Positions 1-5,909 of a stretch of 12,212 nucleotides of DNA are shown piece after piece. A model generated the notes under the pieces. That model saw nothing but the letters and a program-made list of their open reading frames with translations, made no database searches and had not been told where the DNA came from. The translations under genes and the position numbers were made by a program. Position 1 is the first letter of the stretch. The number at the start of each line of letters is the position of its first letter. The DNA is from Candidatus Thorarchaeota archaeon (GTDB lineage Archaea; Asgardarchaeota; Thorarchaeia; Thorarchaeales; Thorarchaeaceae), in contig JBHLRQ010000088.1 of the NCBI GenBank assembly GCA_048882385.1, positions 1 to 12,212 on the forward strand, read 5' to 3'.

Positions 1-1895
1 GCAACAACATCAGGATCTGAGCCCTGCACTGTTTTCACGAAAAGACCACTAATCAGTTCTTGCTCTAAGTACTCCATAGCTTCTGAGAACTCGATATAGA
101 ACACATTGAGGGGTGAGCTTACAATTCCAACAATCGCAAACTCGATTGTATTGTTCCCGAGAGTGATATTGACACTCTCACCATCTTGGATATCTAAAGT
201 GTTGGCGATTGTAACATCAACTACAAGTTCATGATCAGATTCAATTGCTCTTCCAGATTCCAGCTTGAACTGGTGTAGTGAGCCTGTAGTGTTCAGACAC
301 AGAAGACTAACTAACCTTTCTTGATCAGAAACGATTACTTTTGTTCCCAATTTCAGATATGGTTCATACAATTCAATACTAGCGACTGCAGCAAGGATAC
401 CTTCTACCTGCGATGAGTTCAGAGGCTGTTTGAAATCTACCAAAAGATCCCATTGTTCGTATTGATTCATATATGTAGCAAGACTGTTGTTGTATCCTCC
501 AACCATTGATGTACCCATGAATGCGACTCCTGCACCCAAAGAAATTCCAATAATCAAAAGAGCTGCCCGAGTCTTATTGAGTGACATACTCCTGACAACA
601 TATTTGAATCCGTAGCCTGTCAACCCAATCCTTCGACCTATCTTTTCTAGAATTGTTTCTTCTACGTAACCTTTCTCCATCATCCAACCTCGAATCGCTC
701 GGATCGGTTCATATCTAGTTATTCTTCGAGTTGGGAAATAAGCAGCAAGCAGAACTGAGAGAGGACCAACAATTAGAGCAATTAGGTAGACAACAGGCTG
801 CGTTGGTGCCGATTGCGCTTCCATATTATAGATTGACAGCATTGCACTAATGAATCCTTGACCCCCGGGTTCACCAAGCGGGATCGCAATTAGTGTTGTG
901 ACTAAAGCTAAGGCTCCAAGCCACAACAAATAGGCCCGTCGGATTGAGCTGCCTGAATAACCAAGAGATTTTGTGATTCCGATAGCTCGCGAGTTGGACT
1001 GAATTATTCTGCCAACTGTGGTGTAAACAACGAATGATGCTACAGCGAAAATGAGTCCAGAGAACAGAACTATGGCATCGTCTGCAATCTCAAACCTTTG
1101 AAGTTCAGAACTTCTCAAGTCAGTTACGTCTAAAGTAGTCACTATTGGATATGGCTCAATCTCCGACAAAACAGAACGAATTATTGTGGTTTGATTATAT
1201 CCAGGTTCAAAACGAACTAGAATCTCATTCACAACATCTTTCTCTCCCACCCCAGTATATGCAAAATTCTGCAAAACGGAAATGTCAATCCAGATGGGAG
1301 CAATGGTCGCAAATGTTGCTCTCGATGGAGCATGTATCAGTTGCTTAGGATTTCTATGTGGTAACAAATGTTCAAGTGAACTTACAATTCCAACCACCTC
1401 TGTTTCGAATTCTGTGCCAAATACCGACATTGTAATCATAGACCCAATTGTCAAACCATTTGATGCAGCAAATGATTGCTCAACAAGAACTGTAGAATTA
1501 TCTGAGGGATTCAAGTAAGTCCCCTCAGAAACAAGTAGTCTGAAAACATCAGGGGATGAATTCGGGTCAACACCATAGATATCTGCAGGATTCTCATCTT
1601 GGCCAGGAAAGCTGATTTCACCAAAGATATGGTATCTACTGGTGTATCCCTCGATTCCATCGATATTTTCTATCCCTGTTATATGATCCCGAGGAACTGA
1701 ATATGCCACAGCCATAAAGTCAGGCGATGCATAGGTTTCGTACGTCGCATCAATGCTGACTCTCATAACTGGAAACATTGCAGAGAATGCAACGAAGCAA
1801 AAGACTCCAATGAAGACAAGTGTCAGGCTACTGAGTACTTTACCCTTCTGACTGAAGATCTCTTTCCTAGTCTTCCGTAGAAGTGTTCCAGCCAT
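1..1895 (-). CDS. FtsX-family (MacB/LolE-like) ABC transporter permease, duplicated-domain type; 3' end runs off the window (partial)
   Basis: ATG at 1895, 2 nt after the ATPase stop. Hand translation of segments: N-terminus MAGTLLRKTRKEIFSQKGKVLSSLTLVFIGVFCFVAFSAMF (amphipathic helix plus TM1); FtsX motif QSNSRAIGITKSLGYS (~955-1000); domain end YFPTRRITRYEPIRAIR (~690-740); second-half start YVVRSMSLNKTRAALLIIGISLGAGVAFMG; still in frame at the edge (..FVKTVQGSDPDVV). Its absence from the ORF track is consistent with no stop inside the window. Confidence 0.92.
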   Translation of the reverse strand, partial: MAGTLLRKTRKEIFSQKGKVLSSLTLVFIGVFCFVAFSAMFPVMRVSIDATYETYASPDFMAVAYSVPRDHITGIENIDGIEGYTSRYHIFGEISFPGQDENPADIYGVDPNSSPDVFRLLVSEGTYLNPSDNSTVLVEQSFAASNGLTIGSMITMSVFGTEFETEVVGIVSSLEHLLPHRNPKQLIHAPSRATFATIAPIWIDISVLQNFAYTGVGEKDVVNEILVRFEPGYNQTTIIRSVLSEIEPYPIVTTLDVTDLRSSELQRFEIADDAIVLFSGLIFAVASFVVYTTVGRIIQSNSRAIGITKSLGYSGSSIRRAYLLWLGALALVTTLIAIPLGEPGGQGFISAMLSIYNMEAQSAPTQPVVYLIALIVGPLSVLLAAYFPTRRITRYEPIRAIRGWMMEKGYVEETILEKIGRRIGLTGYGFKYVVRSMSLNKTRAALLIIGISLGAGVAFMGTSMVGGYNNSLATYMNQYEQWDLLVDFKQPLNSSQVEGILAAVASIELYEPYLKLGTKVIVSDQERLVSLLCLNTTGSLHQFKLESGRAIESDHELVVDVTIANTLDIQDGESVNITLGNNTIEFAIVGIVSSPLNVFYIEFSEAMEYLEQELISGLFVKTVQGSDPDVV

Positions 1896-1897
1896 GC

Positions 1898-2605
1898 TTA
1901 TTCTACCTCACTAGACTCAGAGATGCCATAGACCAACCCAGACCTTAGAAACACAGATCTGTCAGCCACTTTTGATACAGATGTCTGATGTGTGACAGCA
2001 ATTATCGTTGTTCCGGTCTTTTTGTTCAACTTCTTCAGTAAGTTCCAAATCGCATCTGAAGTTTCAGCGTCCAAGTTACCTGTTGGTTCATCCAACACAA
2101 GAATGGGTGGTTCCTTCGCCAGACCTCTGGCAATTGCGACGCGTTGCTGTTCACCTCCGCTCATTTGGGAGGGATAGTTATTGGCTTTGTCAAGAATACC
2201 AACAAGATCGAGGTATTTCAGAGCTCGTTCACGAAGTTCATCTTTATCTTTGATATTCATTGCCATACCAATCTCAACATTCTCAACTGCGGTGAGTGTA
2301 GAAAACAAGTTATAGAACTGAAAGACGAGACCAGTCTTAGTGCGTCGGAAAGCGGTTCGTTGGTCACGATTCATATTTGAAATATCAATCCCTTCAATGA
2401 TGACTTGACCTGATGTAGGAACATCAAGGGCGGCTATCATATTCAGAAGTGTTGTCTTTCCTGATCCTGACTGTCCCAATATTGCTAGGAACTCACCTTG
2501 CATGATTTCAAGAGAAACACCTCGAAGAGCGTGAACACGTGTTTCACCCAACGGATATTCCTTTTTCAAATCTTCAACACGAACAAGTGTAGTTGAGGTA
2601 GTCAT
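1898..2605 (-). CDS. ABC transporter ATP-binding protein, LolD/MacB/MJ0796-like
   Basis: Walker A GQSGSGKT, Q-loop GLVFQFYNL, signature MSGGEQQRVAIAR, Walker B VLDEPTGNLD, H-loop VTH. Start moved from the track's 2638 to ATG 2605 (MTTSTT), which has GGTGA 7 nt upstream. Confidence 0.96.
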   Translation of the reverse strand: MTTSTTLVRVEDLKKEYPLGETRVHALRGVSLEIMQGEFLAILGQSGSGKTTLLNMIAALDVPTSGQVIIEGIDISNMNRDQRTAFRRTKTGLVFQFYNLFSTLTAVENVEIGMAMNIKDKDELRERALKYLDLVGILDKANNYPSQMSGGEQQRVAIARGLAKEPPILVLDEPTGNLDAETSDAIWNLLKKLNKKTGTTIIAVTHQTSVSKVADRSVFLRSGLVYGISESSEVE

Positions 2606-2612
2606 ATTATCT

Positions 2613-2617
2613 TCACC
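2613..2617 (-). promoter_or_regulatory. Shine-Dalgarno-like motif (GGTGA) for the ABC ATPase
   Basis: Minus strand reads GTTGGTGAAGATAATATG. GGTGA is a common archaeal SD core and lies 7 nt from the ATG. Confidence 0.6.
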
Positions 2618-2641
2618 AACGTCTATTATTCTTCTCAAACG

Positions 2642-2649
2642 TATAATAA
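2642..2649 (-). promoter_or_regulatory. Putative TATA box for the ABC operon
   Basis: Minus strand TTATTATA about 40 nt upstream of ATG 2605. An archaeal TSS about 25 nt downstream would leave the GGTGA inside the 5' UTR. Confidence 0.35.
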
Positions 2650-2732
2650 CTGGAACGCTAACGCATCTAACTGAGGATAGGGAAATACTTTCTTTACGTT
2701 GAAGTAATAGTACATAAAGAACATTTTACCTA

Positions 2733-3338
2733 TTGGGACTTGGTAGAAAGGATATGGATCTTGCCAAAGTGTCAAAGGCTCTGTCGAATCCTACTAGAGT
2801 CAAACTTCTCGATTACTTACTAGAGAAGCGCATTATGAATAAAGGAGACTTGATGACTGAGCTCGGCCTCGAGAGAGCGGCATTAGATCATCACCTCAGA
2901 CCTCTGAAAGATGCAGGTCTCGTTAAGACTATGGATGTAGTTATTGACAAAGTCAGGAATTGCCTTTGTTTTCCATTGTTCTCAGTGGCTATAGAAAGTA
3001 AACTTGAGATATCCGCAGAAATTATTAGAGATATCGTAGGGAACGAGATTGAGAGCGACATAAATCACAATGAGATTCAAGAGAAGGCTCAAAATGAAGT
3101 GGAAAAAGGAAATCTGAATCAAGAGGATGCTGTTGCGATAGTCAGAACTCTCTTTGAGCATAGAGGAAGAGGTACAAAGAACATGTGCTCAGTTTGTGGA
3201 AGAATAAAGAAAATGGCAGACCTTTCTCTTTGTGACCATTGTTTTAGACCTGTGTGTACAAGCTGCCATCGCATAATCGAAAAAGGGTCAAGCAAAGAAC
3301 TTCTCTGTGATAGATGTGTTTCTCAAATGTTTGGCTAG
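2733..3338 (+). CDS. ArsR/SmtB-type winged helix-turn-helix regulator with acidic helical linker and C-terminal 8-Cys zinc finger
   Basis: ArsR hallmarks KALSNPTRVKLLDYL and LGLERAALDHHLRPLKDAGLV. C-terminal C-x2-C-x11-C-x2-C-x4-C-x2-C-x13-C-x2-C (3186-3317). The track uses TTG 2733; ATG 2754 (MDLAKVSK) is at least as likely. Confidence 0.9.
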   Translation: MGLGRKDMDLAKVSKALSNPTRVKLLDYLLEKRIMNKGDLMTELGLERAALDHHLRPLKDAGLVKTMDVVIDKVRNCLCFPLFSVAIESKLEISAEIIRDIVGNEIESDINHNEIQEKAQNEVEKGNLNQEDAVAIVRTLFEHRGRGTKNMCSVCGRIKKMADLSLCDHCFRPVCTSCHRIIEKGSSKELLCDRCVSQMFG

Positions 3339-3339
3339 T

Positions 3340-3373
3340 AAAAGAATTGGTTGGAGGCCTGAGACCTCCAACT
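3340..3373 (-). terminator. Hairpin terminator between the convergent ArsR and MBL genes (possibly bidirectional)
   Basis: Perfect 8-bp inverted repeat GTTGGAGG (3350-3357) / CCTCCAAC (3365-3372) with a 7-nt loop. On the minus strand it is followed by CAATTCTTTT. Confidence 0.6.
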
Positions 3374-3386
3374 TGATACTGCTGCA

Positions 3387-4178
3387 TCATGGTTCAAAGA
3401 TATATGATGCAAAATGTTCAAGATGTATAGGTACACAGGTAGAGCACTCTGCTATGTCATCATCATACATGTTGATGAATGTCTGTGAAGTGTAATCTGT
3501 TGAGTGAATGGGTATGAAGTAACCAGGTTGCAATTTGTCAATCGCATCGACCACTTCTTCGTTTGTCATTGCTTGACAACCAGGACCCAATGGTAGAAGA
3601 GCAACATCTACCTGACCAGTCAAATCCTCATACTCTGTGATGTTCTTTGAATCACCTGCATGAAATATGGTGAATCCGTTTATGTCAATGAGATAGCTTG
3701 TCCAGTTAGCTGCAGAAGAATGACTAGCTACTAACTCGCCTTCGATCCACATTTCTGTGTACATATAGAAAGCAGTGACTGTGATGCTTCCAACTTGAAC
3801 TGTGTCGCCAGGATTGACACCAACACCATCGTGGGCTGAAACTGCATCGCTCATATTTTCCGGAAAGACGTTAATCGTTCCAGTTTTCTGTAGCAGGTTC
3901 ACAAGTGTTTCATTGTAGTGATCTCCGTGCGGATGCGTCGTGAGAATAGCATCTGCTGGAAGGCTTGAGTAGTTGTCTGGAATATTGTATGGATCAATGT
4001 AGATACGCAAGCCTTCTGCTTCAATCATAACTCCTGCGTTTTCAAGCAATGTAATTGTAATCGAATCATCAGGAGGTGGAGTGTTAAGGAGTGTGATCCC
4101 CACAAATGCTGATGCACCTATGACCACAATTGAAATGGCCATGATGGCAACTATTTGTGATGTCCTCGTAAGTTGCAT
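3387..4178 (-). CDS. Metallo-beta-lactamase-fold hydrolase (UPF0173/UlaG-like) with N-terminal signal or membrane anchor
   Basis: Motifs IYIDPY, THPHGDH (HxHxDH), FHAGDS, DVALLP and PIH. Hydrophobic N-terminus IVAIMAISIVVIGASAFVGITLL followed by a TPPP linker. Sequons NYS, NET, NMS, NWT, NIT. Confidence 0.92.
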   Translation of the reverse strand: MQLTRTSQIVAIMAISIVVIGASAFVGITLLNTPPPDDSITITLLENAGVMIEAEGLRIYIDPYNIPDNYSSLPADAILTTHPHGDHYNETLVNLLQKTGTINVFPENMSDAVSAHDGVGVNPGDTVQVGSITVTAFYMYTEMWIEGELVASHSSAANWTSYLIDINGFTIFHAGDSKNITEYEDLTGQVDVALLPLGPGCQAMTNEEVVDAIDKLQPGYFIPIHSTDYTSQTFINMYDDDIAECSTCVPIHLEHFASYIFEP

Positions 4179-4202
4179 ATTTCAACGAGAGTAATTGAGA
4201 GC

Positions 4203-4210
4203 ATAATTAA
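4203..4210 (-). promoter_or_regulatory. Putative TATA box for the MBL hydrolase (leaderless or short leader)
   Basis: Minus strand TTAATTAT 25-32 nt upstream of ATG 4178, with no SD motif in between. Confidence 0.3.
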
Positions 4211-4317
4211 GGCATAGGGTCAACGCAGCAATTAAGCCAAAAGGCGGAGAAAAGACACAAAGTGTGCTAGCACCAACCTTATGATGTATACAGTTACGGC
4301 TACAATAGGTCATTTAG

Positions 4318-4650
4318 ATGAATGCCAACGAATCCTTTGAGAAAGGAAGAGAAGAAATGGCATCAGGGCGTCTTGAGAAGGCAATTGAAGCTTTTGATCA
4401 GGCTACAAGTTCAACGCCCTCCTCCTTTGATGCTTGGTGGGCATTGGCTAGTGCGTGCAATATTTTTGGGACTCAGCTTGAGGCAGAAGGCGACTATACG
4501 CGTGCAAATATGTACAAGATTAAAGCAGCCTATTCATTTGACAGAGCGACAAGAGCAGATCCGAATGATTCTAGAGCAACCAAGGCAAAAGCATATGCTG
4601 AAACCATTCGTAACGCTCAAGAACGGAAGAAAGAACTAGGCAAGTTCTGA
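4318..4650 (+). CDS. Small tetratricopeptide repeat (TPR) protein
   Basis: TPR consensus in FEKGREEMASGRLEKAIEAFDQATSSTPSSFDAWWALA and AAYSFDRATRADPNDSRA; Ala-rich helical composition. Confidence 0.8.
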   Translation: MNANESFEKGREEMASGRLEKAIEAFDQATSSTPSSFDAWWALASACNIFGTQLEAEGDYTRANMYKIKAAYSFDRATRADPNDSRATKAKAYAETIRNAQERKKELGKF

Positions 4651-4798
4651 CTCACGTTCTATCTCATAACGAACGGAAATAATGTCACCATGAGCCTGGC
4701 TATACGGAGAACTCGTTCATTCTCTTCGCTAAAACCAAAGAAGGAGGACATCCGACCCATTATCCTCAACCACAGAATCTTTCATCAACCAATTTGCT

Positions 4799-4805
4799 AA
4801 AAAAA
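4799..4805 (-). terminator. Oligo-T tract, possible archaeal terminator for the LLM gene
   Basis: A7 on the plus strand (T7 on minus), about 25 nt downstream of the LLM stop at 4830. Confidence 0.4.
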
Positions 4806-4829
4806 CTATGCAAAGATTAGTTTCAACCG

Positions 4830-5681
4830 TCAGACTTTGGGAGGGCCAGCTCTTATCCTCTTGCGAAGATCTTCAAACTCTGCACGCATCCCATTGATGT
4901 CTTCAAGGAACCATGTGGCACCAGTCTGAATCCAGGGCTCTATCACACTTGAATCCTGTTTTGAATCAGTTCCTGTCGTTTCACCACAAACAACTACATC
5001 GTAGTCTTTGAGAGTCCCTCTCTCAGTTCTGATTATTTTGAGAACATCCTGAAGCAACTTTGGAGTCACAGGCTCTGGCCAATTGGCATGAACCGGAGCA
5101 ACTCCATCATATCGGGCGGCTCTTTTGAAGGGATCCTTGTTGGGCACACCTCCGCCAATCCATATGGGAATCCTGGGTTCTTGTTTAGGTTTGGGGAGGA
5201 ATGTCATCTTCTCCAGCCTATAGTGAGTTCCATTGTGTGAGAAAGGTTCTCCAGACCATAGACCTGTGATTATGTCGAGACCCTCCTCAAGCATTTCAGC
5301 GCGAATCTTTGCATTACTCGCTTCCCCGAAATAGTCGAATTCCACCTCAGGTGGAGCACCGATAGCAAGACCGAGTATCAATCGACCCTTTGAAAGATGG
5401 TCCAATGTGACAGCCTCTCTTGCAACTTTCCATGGTCTCCTACGGGGTACTGGTGTTATGAGTGGTCCGAACCGTATTTTCTTCGTGTTACATGCGATAG
5501 CTGTCATTGCAATCCATGGATCAACAAATGGTAATACCATGTCCTCTTGTTTGAAGACCAACATATGGTCCCATAGGAAGAAACCATCCCATCCAGAATC
5601 CTCGACCTCAAGTGCAATTTCAACAAGTGTGTCAATATCTCCAAACCATCCAAAGTTTGGGATGTTAATACCATACTTCAT
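4830..5681 (-). CDS. Luciferase-like monooxygenase (LLM) class flavin- or F420-dependent oxidoreductase
   Basis: Family motifs GWDGFFLWDH, DPWIAMTAIA..TKKIRFG, RRPWKVAREAVTLDHLSKGRLILGLAIG, PKPKQEPRIPIWIGG and RAARYDG. The cofactor (FMN vs F420) cannot be determined by eye. Confidence 0.94.
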   Translation of the reverse strand: MKYGINIPNFGWFGDIDTLVEIALEVEDSGWDGFFLWDHMLVFKQEDMVLPFVDPWIAMTAIACNTKKIRFGPLITPVPRRRPWKVAREAVTLDHLSKGRLILGLAIGAPPEVEFDYFGEASNAKIRAEMLEEGLDIITGLWSGEPFSHNGTHYRLEKMTFLPKPKQEPRIPIWIGGGVPNKDPFKRAARYDGVAPVHANWPEPVTPKLLQDVLKIIRTERGTLKDYDVVVCGETTGTDSKQDSSVIEPWIQTGATWFLEDINGMRAEFEDLRKRIRAGPPKV

Positions 5682-5870
5682 CGCGAATCCTCGAATAATA
5701 ATGAACCTTTCAATCCGAGATTAGTAACCATTGCTCGGAGTTCACGAGTGAAGATTAGTATCGCAATTAAAACTCAGATTCAACTTCTTTCTGGTCCCAC
5801 CAATCTTCACGTTCATCAAATGAATATATCTCCGAAACTGAAAGGAGGTAAGTGCAGCTGGTATTGGGTA

Positions 5871-5900
5871 GAAGAGATTCCGTAAAATGGAAATTCTCTT
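5871..5900 (-). terminator. Hairpin just downstream of the beta-helix gene stop
   Basis: AAGAGA (5871-5876) pairs with TCTCTT (5895-5900), with an inner TTCC/GGAA stem and a 2-nt bulge, about 10 nt after the stop at 5910. Confidence 0.35.
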
Positions 5901-5909
5901 TGAAAAGAT

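Noticed and set aside
1145-1518. Plus-strand ORFs 1145-1348 and 1282-1518
   Set aside because: They are antisense to the FtsX-family permease and have no recognisable motifs.
1992-2380. Three plus-strand ORFs (61-81 aa)
   Set aside because: They are antisense shadows of the ABC ATPase.
2606-2638. Longer ATPase N-terminus from 2638
   Set aside because: ATG 2605 has a well-spaced GGTGA, and the extension starts almost on top of the putative TATA box.
3307-3495. 62-aa plus-strand ORF with a CSRC motif
   Set aside because: It overlaps the ArsR end out of frame, crosses the terminator hairpin and runs antisense into the MBL gene.
3387-4178. Calling the MBL-fold protein an antibiotic-resistance beta-lactamase
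   Set aside because: The motif layout (IDPY, HAGD, PIH) fits UPF0173/UlaG-like hydrolases, not class B beta-lactamases.
4322-4639. 105-aa same-strand +1 frame ORF nested in the TPR gene
   Set aside because: Its Q/R/L/K-rich composition is what shifting Ala/Glu-rich codons produces, and it has no motif. Ribosome profiling would be needed to revive it.
4648-4800. TPR TGA stop followed by 49 open in-frame codons (including a 36-aa ORF from ATG 4690); considered Sec or readthrough
   Set aside because: No SECIS-like structure recognised, no redox motif around the TGA, the TPR protein ends naturally, and an open run of this length is not rare by chance.
5407-5724. 105-aa plus-strand ORF
   Set aside because: It is antisense to the LLM gene.
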